Assembly (NCBI GenBank): GCA_964635715.1
Contig: CAZWNZ010000001.1
Location: 74,358-138,357, forward strand
DNA: 64,000 bases
Direction of reading: 5' to 3'
DNA from: an uncultured Gammaproteobacteria bacterium
GTDB lineage: Bacteria; Patescibacteriota; Microgenomatia; UBA8517
Both the position numbers and the translations under genes were made by a program. The notes beneath the pieces are model-generated. The model was given only the letters and a program-made list of their open reading frames with translations, ran no database searches and was not told the DNA's origin. Shown here in pieces: positions 45,336 through 53,453 of this stretch (its first letter is position 1; each line of letters begins with the position of its first letter).

Positions 45336-48023
45336 TTATTTGCAGAAATAGTCTTCCGGTTTAACCCAGCGACCGTTCATTTGAAACTCAATGTGTAAAT
45401 GAGTATTTGATCCTTGGTTAAAAAGAGTGGTAATCTTTTGCCCCGACGTTACTGTTTTTGGAACTATTTTACTTGCAACGTGAGTAAGGACAATTGAATA
45501 TGAACCTGTAGTATCTTTATATATAACCGAAAAACCAACTCCGTTGTTGTTGAAGCTTCCGTCATAATTCCATACTACTTCTTTTCCTAAAACTGTCGGA
45601 GCATAGACGGTATTTATTCCAGAGGGGAATACGTCGAATGCATATCCGTAATACGAGCAGGCTGGAGAGTCGCAACCTGTTTGTTGAGGTAATGAGTATC
45701 TATAAGGGATTCCTCCCATCATATTCCAATAAGAAGTACTTCCATGGCCCGTGTTGGTGGCTGGATTGTAGGAAAAATTGTTTTGATTAAGAGGTACGGC
45801 TGCCGGGACAGGGCATGAAATGGGTGGGGTCCCAAAAGTAACCGACGCGCTTGTTTCTGCTGTTGTGCCGGTTACTTCTCCCGTATCCGCTGTCACAGTA
45901 ACAGTATCTATTATTGCCGAATTTGTAAAACTGTTGTCGTAAGTTGAAGTATAGGTAAACACATATGGAAGGGATGGTGATATTGAGTCTATCGTAGTTG
46001 GAGCGTCACTAATTGGAGGACAGTTTTTATTGGCCGTACTAATTACTTTGCAGTCGTATTTAATAGATATGTTTGTAAGGGCACTTCTCTTAGCCCTGAT
46101 TGTTATTTTATAAGTAATTGTCTTCGGAAGTTCTTTGTTTGTAAAAGGTCCGGGCGGCTCCGGAGTTTTAATAATATCAATATACGGATTAGACGTTCTT
46201 CCAAAAGTACTTTCAGACACGGGGACTACATAGGCTCCGGAGTTGATTATAAAAAGAATTAAGGCAACCACAATAGGCAAAGCAAATATGGTTATTAAAA
46301 TTGGCATGCCAATGGAAGAAAAGACTGCTCCCCCCAGAGCTGTAAAAAATCCCCCTATGCTTCCACCCACTACACCAAGAGAAGAAATTCTACCGGAAGC
46401 AAAACTTGCAAGAAAACCGGTGCCCACACCTAGGGCAACCGCTCCCGCTAAACCAATAAAAGGAGCTGTAATTAAGGCAATAACGGAACCTACTATGTAA
46501 GGAGCTGCTTTCTTAACTTTACTCCAATCAATTTTACTTGCAATAAAACCAATCACTGCTCCAATGGCTGTTCCAATAACTGGAACCACACTACCAGCAG
46601 CGGCGCCGGTGCCTGCGCCAGCCGCTCCTCCTGCGGCAGTTCCGACAGCTTTTCCTGCAAATGAACCAGCCAGCTTACCTGCTGTACTTGTGACAGCTTT
46701 TTTCCCAATCTTTTTACCGGCTACAGAGACTATCTTTTTTATTCCAAAATTTATACCGGTTTTCCCTCCGATAAAATTCAAAATCGGTCCGAAACCATTT
46801 TGTACAGCAATTCTTCCGAAAAAAGTTGTCCCTTCCCACGCAACAGCAGAGGTGCCCATTCCAAAATAGGACAAAGCACCCTGAACAGGTATAGAACTGT
46901 ATGTTTTGGCCAGTAAACTATCAACAGGTAATTTATCAATTAAACCATCCAGTCGCACAGAGGCCCTCCGTAAAATACTTGTTTTTATTTTGTCTATACC
47001 GAATTCTTTTACTTCCCCAAGGAAAGAACCTTGGTTATTAAGCAGGTCCAGATTGGTTTGAGGAATCTGGGACAAATTGTACTCATGGAAATCTGTCTGC
47101 GGTGAGTCAGAAAAGGTTATTTGTAGTTTATCGATCTCTTTGGGTCCAAAAACCACATTGGTAAAATTTTCTCCAAAAGTGGAAACAATCAGTTCACGAT
47201 TGAAAGAATACTTGGCAAAGTATTGATCCGAATTCTCTAAAGCAACGTTAATAAAATTTTGTCGGAGATTGATATCTGGTAATGTTTTTGTAATTAAGTC
47301 TTCATTTGTGGCAAATGCACTAGTAATAACAGTTTCTTCGGCCAGTGATTTGCCTTGGAGATTTTTTACCGTTTCGTATGCAGCCTCTTTGGCCAGAATG
47401 CGCATTTCTTCTTGTGTGGTGTTTTGCGGATTAGACAAAGAAATTTTGTTTTCGATTGTCTCGGTTATTTGGTCGACCAATCTTTTGGGGTCTGCTTTTG
47501 CGGCCTCTTTAAGTACGTCAATTTGTTTTGCTTGCTCATCGGATATTGGTGGGATTTCAGTACCCTCAACTTTTACATATGTCTTCGTGTTTTTTAGTTG
47601 ATCAAAAAGTTCTTGCCTTCTTTTAATTGAGGCCTCGACTTCTTTTTGAGCTTTTTGGATGGTTTCTTTAATCTCCGCCTCGCGTTTCTGTTGCTCCATT
47701 TCTTGGAGCTCACGCGTTTCTTTGTCGGGTAAATTGGACTCAACTGGTTTTTCTTCGTTTTGAGATCCTGAGACAATCCCTACCAAGGCTTTTTGAGCAT
47801 CATGAACTGTTAGCAATCTTTTTTGGGCGTCTTTTGCACTCAAATCTATTTGTACACCCGTCAGATTTTTAATAAAATTTACAAAAGATTGTCGATTTTT
47901 CCAATTGTATTCTCCAGAATAAAATGGCGTATCGGATGAATATATGGCGTCTTCCGGAAAAAAATGTCCAAAGGCCAACATTAAATCGTCCAGATTTTTT
48001 TGTGTAATACTAATTTTTGCCAT
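45336..48023 (-). CDS. Large T4SS-locus protein: helical N-terminus, glycine-zipper/TM region, C-terminal M23-like domain
   Basis: GAAAGSVVPVIGTAIGAVIG zipper, TMs, C-terminal THLHIEF...WVKP. Confidence 0.6.
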   Translation of the reverse strand: MAKISITQKNLDDLMLAFGHFFPEDAIYSSDTPFYSGEYNWKNRQSFVNFIKNLTGVQIDLSAKDAQKRLLTVHDAQKALVGIVSGSQNEEKPVESNLPDKETRELQEMEQQKREAEIKETIQKAQKEVEASIKRRQELFDQLKNTKTYVKVEGTEIPPISDEQAKQIDVLKEAAKADPKRLVDQITETIENKISLSNPQNTTQEEMRILAKEAAYETVKNLQGKSLAEETVITSAFATNEDLITKTLPDINLRQNFINVALENSDQYFAKYSFNRELIVSTFGENFTNVVFGPKEIDKLQITFSDSPQTDFHEYNLSQIPQTNLDLLNNQGSFLGEVKEFGIDKIKTSILRRASVRLDGLIDKLPVDSLLAKTYSSIPVQGALSYFGMGTSAVAWEGTTFFGRIAVQNGFGPILNFIGGKTGINFGIKKIVSVAGKKIGKKAVTSTAGKLAGSFAGKAVGTAAGGAAGAGTGAAAGSVVPVIGTAIGAVIGFIASKIDWSKVKKAAPYIVGSVIALITAPFIGLAGAVALGVGTGFLASFASGRISSLGVVGGSIGGFFTALGGAVFSSIGMPILITIFALPIVVALILFIINSGAYVVPVSESTFGRTSNPYIDIIKTPEPPGPFTNKELPKTITYKITIRAKRSALTNISIKYDCKVISTANKNCPPISDAPTTIDSISPSLPYVFTYTSTYDNSFTNSAIIDTVTVTADTGEVTGTTAETSASVTFGTPPISCPVPAAVPLNQNNFSYNPATNTGHGSTSYWNMMGGIPYRYSLPQQTGCDSPACSYYGYAFDVFPSGINTVYAPTVLGKEVVWNYDGSFNNNGVGFSVIYKDTTGSYSIVLTHVASKIVPKTVTSGQKITTLFNQGSNTHLHIEFQMNGRWVKPEDYFCK

Positions 48024-48025
48024 AA

Positions 48026-49894
48026 TTATTTGTCAGCGTATGGATTGGTGTTTACCTTCACAACTTCCTGTGGTTTAGTTGTAATTAATCTGTTTTCTTC
48101 TTCCGAAGCAACAATTCTAATTGGGGCATGGTGTGGCCCTGCAAAGAAAATGCCTTCTCCAACATTGGCTGCAAGAAGAAGCCTTTTTTCTCCTTGGGAC
48201 AAATAGAAGACCTCGCCAATCTTATCAATTGCGGCAGGGGATTGCTTTAAGAGAAGCTGCATGGCGCTATTTGTGACAATAGCCTTTCCAATGTCCTGTC
48301 CGAGGAAGTCCTCGACGTCCTGAGTGATTGTAGTGAGTCCTAGATAGTATTTACGGGCCCTTTTAACAACACTCCATAAAAATTGGGCAGTATCGGGATA
48401 TCTCATCATGTGCCAAGCTTCATCTACAATCAAAATTCTTCTCTTGAGATTCTTTTTAACCCTAGTCCAAATATAGTCGAGAATAATAAACATGGCGATT
48501 GGGCGAATGGCGTCCTGCATATCTTTAACAGAAAACACAGTGAAGGGATTGATAATGTTAATGTTAGTTTGTTGATCGAAAATTCCTACAAAGCTTCCTC
48601 TAACAAATTTTTCAAGTCTGGCGGCAAGATCCAGAGCTTCAGGTGATTCCATGCCGATCAGGGTTTTGTAAAGATCTTCCATGAGAGGGGGTTCTTTGCC
48701 TTGGGTCTCGGGATCCATAGTAATTCCTTTGGCCCGATAAGTCATTATTAAGGCACGGTCAAGCAATGCCTCCTGAATTGGGGTGATTGCCCCCATAATC
48801 ACTTTCATTAGGGAATGAAGAGAAAGTATTTTTAGTCCAAGCTGATTTTCACCCTCTTCACGGATTTGGGACAGATCAAAAGGATTAATTTTTGCCTGGG
48901 AATTGTAGGAGAATGATATATATTCACCACCCACCGCTTCGGCTATAGATTTATATTCGCTTTCAGGATCAATAACTATTGTTTCGACCCCTGTCATGAG
49001 CGACCTTAGCGCCTCAAGTTTAACAAAATAGGATTTACCGGCTCCCGATGTTGCAAAAATTGTCATGTTGGCATTTTGCAGGCTAAACCTATCAAAAATA
49101 ATAAAAGATTCGTTTTGAGAATTCATTCCATAGAGAACACCTCTGTCACTTGAAAGTTCGGTTGAGGTTAGGGGAAAAGTTGTGGCAACCGATGTGGTAT
49201 CCATATTTCTGGTGATGTTAAGGCGGTCGATGCCAAACGGGGCAGTTGCCAAAAACCCCTCTGACATATTTAGCATGGCATGTTTGCTGACAATCATAAG
49301 GGATCCAAGTTGAGATTCGACCTGTTTAGTTATTTGATTCAGTTCCTCAACGGAATTTGCAGGGATTGTAATGTAAAAACCAAATTCGTAAAATCTTTCA
49401 ATTCCTTTAACTAATTGTTCCTGCAGCGCCTGAGCATCCTCTAATTTTGCCTGTGTCACCGGATCAACCAGTTTTCCCCGTTCGATATCTGTGGTCATTT
49501 CAGCTTCCATTTCGGCGATTTTTCGCCTTAGATCATCAAGAACGCTCTTTCCGTCGACTGGATAGATATAAAAAGAAATATCCAAAGAGGTATCAATATT
49601 GACTACGGGTTCGAGCCACCCCGGGGCGACAAATCTTGGATATCCACCGACAAAAATTGTCCTGAAATAGACATCGTTGACTTTGATATAGTCAAAATCA
49701 ACCTCAACCGATTGGGGTGAAATTACATCAAGTAGGTTCATTCCCTGATTCATAACCGAATAGGCGGCTGAAACAACCGGAGGCTTAACCTCCGTATTAG
49801 AATCTTGAATCTTGAATCTTGAATCTTGAGACGTGGAGCCTAAATCCTGATCTGCAGGTTTTATATTTGGTGTTTTTGTAATATTGTTTTGCAT
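48026..49894 (-). CDS. VirB4/TraC-like type IV secretion ATPase
   Basis: IFDRFSLQNAN, Walker A ATSGAGKS, IDPESEY, INPFD, Walker B ILIVDEAW, RARKY, ITQDVEDF. Confidence 0.9.
   Translation of the reverse strand: MQNNITKTPNIKPADQDLGSTSQDSRFKIQDSNTEVKPPVVSAAYSVMNQGMNLLDVISPQSVEVDFDYIKVNDVYFRTIFVGGYPRFVAPGWLEPVVNIDTSLDISFYIYPVDGKSVLDDLRRKIAEMEAEMTTDIERGKLVDPVTQAKLEDAQALQEQLVKGIERFYEFGFYITIPANSVEELNQITKQVESQLGSLMIVSKHAMLNMSEGFLATAPFGIDRLNITRNMDTTSVATTFPLTSTELSSDRGVLYGMNSQNESFIIFDRFSLQNANMTIFATSGAGKSYFVKLEALRSLMTGVETIVIDPESEYKSIAEAVGGEYISFSYNSQAKINPFDLSQIREEGENQLGLKILSLHSLMKVIMGAITPIQEALLDRALIMTYRAKGITMDPETQGKEPPLMEDLYKTLIGMESPEALDLAARLEKFVRGSFVGIFDQQTNINIINPFTVFSVKDMQDAIRPIAMFIILDYIWTRVKKNLKRRILIVDEAWHMMRYPDTAQFLWSVVKRARKYYLGLTTITQDVEDFLGQDIGKAIVTNSAMQLLLKQSPAAIDKIGEVFYLSQGEKRLLLAANVGEGIFFAGPHHAPIRIVASEEENRLITTKPQEVVKVNTNPYADK
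49800..49827. repeat. Perfect 7-bp array (GAATCTT)x4 in VirB4 N-terminus
   Basis: gaatctt x4; encodes QDSRFKIQDS on minus strand. Confidence 0.92.
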
Positions 49895-49900
49895 ATTTTC

Positions 49901-49928
49901 TAGATTCTAGCTACTAACTACTAGATTC
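49901..49928. repeat. 7-bp array (TAGATTC-like)x4, inverted relative to 49800-49827
   Basis: tagattc tagctac taactac tagattc, spanning the upstream stop codon. Confidence 0.7.
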
Positions 49929-50648
49929 TTGTTTGTCCAATATAACTTCCGGTTCTTTTTTAACAGCCGGCTTCTCGGGATTGTAAATGGAATAGTAAAG
50001 ATTGATAAGCTCAGGTGTGGTAAGTTGTTTGAATTTCAGTCCCAATCTCCCTGCCTGGCGGATCAAGTGGTCGCGTCTTGGATAAAGGGTGATTTTTGCT
50101 TTCTTAATAACGTACGATTTCGGAAATGGCAGGGGTCCTCCTCCTTTGGTAATCGCGGCTACAGATTTGGCAATACCAAGTTCAAGGGGGGATAAATAAA
50201 GGATAACAAAAAATCTTTTACCCAAAACATTTTTCTTTTTAACGGATTCACTGATAAAGTTCCGGTAGTTTTGCATCAAGTTGGAGAGTAGCGGTTGGGT
50301 CATTTTTTTTGCCTGTTCATCGAGAAAATTCAGATAGGATGAAATATCTTTTTTCTGTGTCAGAACTACAATCTGTGTAGAAAAAGTCAGAGAGTTTATC
50401 ATGGCTGCATAGGCTGCAATTACCGCCTCTTGTTCTTTTTCTGAAAGGAGACCAAAGTTTAAAGAAGTAGATTCCATAATGAGTGAGGCGCCGCCATCTT
50501 TATAGATAACAATGTCGTTTGTTATATCCGCAACCGGCACGAAATCCTGTGTTGTGGCCGTAAGCGGTTTGTCGGGAACACTCAGGAAAGGAATCTTAAG
50601 TTTAGAATTTTGAATCTTGAATTTTGAATCTTGAATTTTACTATTCAT
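49914..50648 (-). CDS. T4SS-associated protein (VirB4 N-terminal/TraC-like)
   Basis: TQDFVP..DI, NFGLLSEKEQEA..YAAMINSL; between PrgI and VirB4. Confidence 0.65.
   Translation of the reverse strand: MNSKIQDSKFKIQNSKLKIPFLSVPDKPLTATTQDFVPVADITNDIVIYKDGGASLIMESTSLNFGLLSEKEQEAVIAAYAAMINSLTFSTQIVVLTQKKDISSYLNFLDEQAKKMTQPLLSNLMQNYRNFISESVKKKNVLGKRFFVILYLSPLELGIAKSVAAITKGGGPLPFPKSYVIKKAKITLYPRRDHLIRQAGRLGLKFKQLTTPELINLYYSIYNPEKPAVKKEPEVILDKQESSS
50591..50639. repeat. 7-bp array (GAATYTT)x7 flanking four-helix-bundle gene
   Basis: gaatctt aagttta gaatttt gaatctt gaatttt gaatctt gaatttt. Confidence 0.9.
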
Positions 50649-51016
50649 TTTATTAGTTTTGATTTTTTAATCAGCCCATTTAATATTTTCAAAGTAATTA
50701 CGGATTGATCATATAAATGATCGAACTCCTTTTGTCCAATAAATTTGACATCTCGGGATATGATTAGTTGGTTTTGCAATTCGGTAATAGACCCTGCTGA
50801 GATTCTAAAGAACTGCAATTTTTCTTTATAGGAATATCTACTAAATCCTTCAGCAATATTGCTTGTTATTGAAACTGCACAACGCCTCATTTGATTTGTA
50901 ATTCCAAACATCTCAGATTTCGGAAAATTACCAGTCACTTCGTAGATGCCAATAACAAGTTGATGCCCTTCTTTCCAGGCATTTAAATCAGTAAAATTAA
51001 TAATTTTATTTTCCAT
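50645..51016 (-). CDS. Four-helix bundle protein (23S rRNA IVS protein / Avd-like family)
   Basis: FTDLNAWK, FPKSEMFGITNQMRRCAVSITSNIAEG, F..ISAGS..ELQNQL. Confidence 0.9.
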   Translation of the reverse strand: MENKIINFTDLNAWKEGHQLVIGIYEVTGNFPKSEMFGITNQMRRCAVSITSNIAEGFSRYSYKEKLQFFRISAGSITELQNQLIISRDVKFIGQKEFDHLYDQSVITLKILNGLIKKSKLIK

Positions 51017-52075
51017 TTAATTTAATGGTGTTCCACTAGATTCGAGATTCAAGATACTAGATTCTACTTGTAGTCTTTTTCCTGTAACAAGTATTGGTGG
51101 AATTATCTCTCCCTTAGCCTCAAAATTGACGGGCATAAATTGATAACCGTCCTTTTCGCTGATAATGCTGTATTTCCCGTTTTCGAGAGGTGTGACTGCC
51201 ATAAAATGGCCAAGCTTGTTGCTTCTGAGAGCCCTTATTGGTCTTCCATATTCATCTCGTATTTCGATTATTGCGCTTTCTATTATTCTTCTGGCCTCAT
51301 CGACAACTTGTCCGACAATAACATTTGGACTGGTTGGGGGATTGGGCGGTGTGGCATCGATCGAGAATATCGCCTCTTTTGTAGACACTATTTCCTCACC
51401 GACGACTGTCGGATTGACTTGCTGAGTTTGGAATTGTGCTGTTTGGTCAATGATTTTTGGTTTTTCCTCCACAACAAGATGGGAGGTCTGTGGTGAAACA
51501 ATTTTAACAGGGTTGCTTACCGGAATTTCAAGTTTTTTAGGTTCAGTAGAAGCTACAGGTTGGTTGGTTGGTTGGGCTACTGTCGTAGCCAGTGGTGTTT
51601 TAATACCCGCAAGTATGCCGGCTAGTTTGGAAAAAAAACCTTGTTCAGCAACCTCGAGTTTGGCAAGTGGTCCTTGCGGAGACCTGGAGCTGTCAAGATA
51701 GTTTTTAACAGCCGCATCCTGATTTTGTGTTTGAGAATTTGGGATGTTTGAGGACGGACTTTCGTCCTGAAAAAATTTCCGGATACCTGTTGTTTTTTTC
51801 CAGTGGAAAGTAGTAGGAGAATAAATTGCTTTAAAGAAAGCCAGGATCCACTGTTCCAGTGGGCGTTCCTCAAGAGGAACAAAAGCCATAGCAGCTCCAA
51901 GAATGACAAATATAATTATAAAAGGCCATTTAATAATTCCCGGAAGGGGGGTTGCGTAAAATATCAAACCAACTAATACGCCCCCCGCAAGTTCAAAGAA
52001 TTGCTTAAGAGTCATATCTCCAACCAATTTGAATTGGTAAGAACTTACGTTTTGTGGTATCGGATGTTGTTCCAT
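51017..52075 (-). CDS. PrgI family protein with C-terminal carboxypeptidase-regulatory-like domain
   Basis: MEQHPIPQ...FKLVGDMTLKQF, two TMs, ERPLEQW; C-terminal G.VVD...A.IEIRD; start set at ATG 52075. Confidence 0.8.
   Translation of the reverse strand: MEQHPIPQNVSSYQFKLVGDMTLKQFFELAGGVLVGLIFYATPLPGIIKWPFIIIFVILGAAMAFVPLEERPLEQWILAFFKAIYSPTTFHWKKTTGIRKFFQDESPSSNIPNSQTQNQDAAVKNYLDSSRSPQGPLAKLEVAEQGFFSKLAGILAGIKTPLATTVAQPTNQPVASTEPKKLEIPVSNPVKIVSPQTSHLVVEEKPKIIDQTAQFQTQQVNPTVVGEEIVSTKEAIFSIDATPPNPPTSPNVIVGQVVDEARRIIESAIIEIRDEYGRPIRALRSNKLGHFMAVTPLENGKYSIISEKDGYQFMPVNFEAKGEIIPPILVTGKRLQVESSILNLESSGTPLN
51037..51064. repeat. 7-bp array (NAGATTC)x4, inverted relative to 50591-50639
   Basis: tagattc gagattc aagatac tagattc; encodes ESSILNLES at end of PrgI. 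Confidence 0.85.
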
Positions 52076-52193
52076 GCTCTTGAGCAGGGCGAAAGAGCAC
52101 AAAAGCAAAGCTTTTTGAGTCTTACCCTATACTTTTAAGACTATCCCGTGAAGGGGGTAATTCAAGGGGAAACCTTTTTCACAAGGACTAAAC

Positions 52194-52784
52194 CTAGTTG
52201 GCACTACAACAACAGCAACCCACATCACTATCATGATCGCTGCTACTATAGCTAGAATTGCTGTCATACACTTTTCTAGAAGGATCTATGTATGCCTTGG
52301 CCAACACCTCTTCAAGTTTATTAGCATTTTGCCAGTCTTGTTTTTGTAGACAAACCAATGCCTGTGCGTTAATGGATATGGATTCGTTGTCGGGAGCAAT
52401 TTGAATCTCTATAGATGAATAGTCATAACTACCCGTATGGTTTGAATCAACCTTTCCGTCGGCCCCAATTTTAAAAGATGTTCCCCAAACAAGTGCGATT
52501 CTACCTGTAGATGCAACATATTTTAGTTGATGGCTTTTAACATTACCATCAAGCATCTCTTTATCTATTCTTTCAAGGCAGTGAAGGATATTACTACTTC
52601 CGACAATTTCATTATTTTTAGAAATTACAAATTGAAGTCTTCTTTCCTCAGCTTCCTTTTCAAGCCTCTTCTTTTCTTCGTTAGCCAACCTTTCTTTTTC
52701 GAGGACCTCCTGACGGGCTTTTTCCTGTCTGGCAGCCTCCTCAGCTCTTTCCTGTTGAATACGCTTTATTATTTCAATTGGCAT
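52194..52784 (-). CDS. Hypothetical protein with Ser/Cys-rich C-terminal tail; candidate YcaO substrate
   Basis: 196 aa; E/K/R coiled-coil N-terminus; ends YDSNSSYSSSDHDSDVGCCCCSAN; directly downstream of SagB-type gene. Confidence 0.6.
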   Translation of the reverse strand: MPIEIIKRIQQERAEEAARQEKARQEVLEKERLANEEKKRLEKEAEERRLQFVISKNNEIVGSSNILHCLERIDKEMLDGNVKSHQLKYVASTGRIALVWGTSFKIGADGKVDSNHTGSYDYSSIEIQIAPDNESISINAQALVCLQKQDWQNANKLEEVLAKAYIDPSRKVYDSNSSYSSSDHDSDVGCCCCSAN

Positions 52785-52794
52785 ATTTGGCTGT

Positions 52795-52822
52795 ATTATA
52801 TGTCTACAACAATAAAAGTCAA
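52795..52822 (-). promoter_or_regulatory. sigma70-type promoter of the 196-aa gene
   Basis: TTGACT-N16-TATAAT on minus strand, 10 nt before ATG 52784. Confidence 0.55.
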
Positions 52823-53451
52823 GCTCCTATAGCCAAATAGTATATTGGATATTCCTCACGGGGATTTATGTCGAGGAGTTTAATTAGCGGCTTTTCGTTT
52901 AACATTCCAATTGCACAACATCCGATTCCAAGACTCGTTGACAGTAAATATATATTTTGCGCAACATGCCCAGCTTCAATATAAGGAAAATACATCCCTC
53001 TTTCTTTATATTTATCTGTGGTTCTATGAAATACAGAAGTAAGAATTATCAAAACAGAAGCTTTTTTGAACCATAACTGTTTTGTCATCCAGATCTGATC
53101 AATATCCTTGGTTGCCATTTTTCTGTGTAGAATTTCTAACCCATGACTAATTGGATTGTAGTGATATAAACCTTGCCTAATATTTCCGCCTTTCATGACA
53201 AGTATATAAGCCTCGAGCGGATATTTTGCGCCAGCAGATGGATAAACACGAAAGGGGTTTTTTTCTTCATAAGGATTTTGTCTAATTGCCGCTAGACTGT
53301 GGTATAGAATATCAGACAAAGTCTTTTTGCCCACCGTTTTTCCTGTAAAGTTCCTAGATGATGTTCTACTTTTTATGATTTTTCTTAATTCTCCGGCCGT
53401 ATTTGTTCGGGGGAGTGGTATTTTTTCTAACCTGGAATAAGTTTTGTGCAT
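52819..53451 (-). CDS. SagB/ThcOx-type FMN-dependent azoline dehydrogenase (nitroreductase fold)
   Basis: RTSSRNF, RVYPSAGAKYPLE, GLYHYNP, KYKERG, EAGHVAQNIYL, LGIGCCAIG. Confidence 0.88.
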   Translation of the reverse strand: MHKTYSRLEKIPLPRTNTAGELRKIIKSRTSSRNFTGKTVGKKTLSDILYHSLAAIRQNPYEEKNPFRVYPSAGAKYPLEAYILVMKGGNIRQGLYHYNPISHGLEILHRKMATKDIDQIWMTKQLWFKKASVLIILTSVFHRTTDKYKERGMYFPYIEAGHVAQNIYLLSTSLGIGCCAIGMLNEKPLIKLLDINPREEYPIYYLAIGA

Positions 53452-53453
53452 AC

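Noticed and set aside
50645-51016. Diversity-generating retroelement (Avd-like gene)
   Set aside because: No reverse transcriptase and no TR/VR pair with adenine-specific mismatches noticed in the window
3712-51064. Heptamer arrays as CRISPR repeats, Chi/KOPS sites or DNA uptake sequences
   Set aside because: No spacers or cas genes; units are tandem, variable in sequence and not polarised around oriC
52076-52193. Short inverted repeats upstream of prgI (TGCTCTT/AAGAGCA, TTACCC/GGGTAA)
   Set aside because: Short stems with no U-tract or recognisable motif
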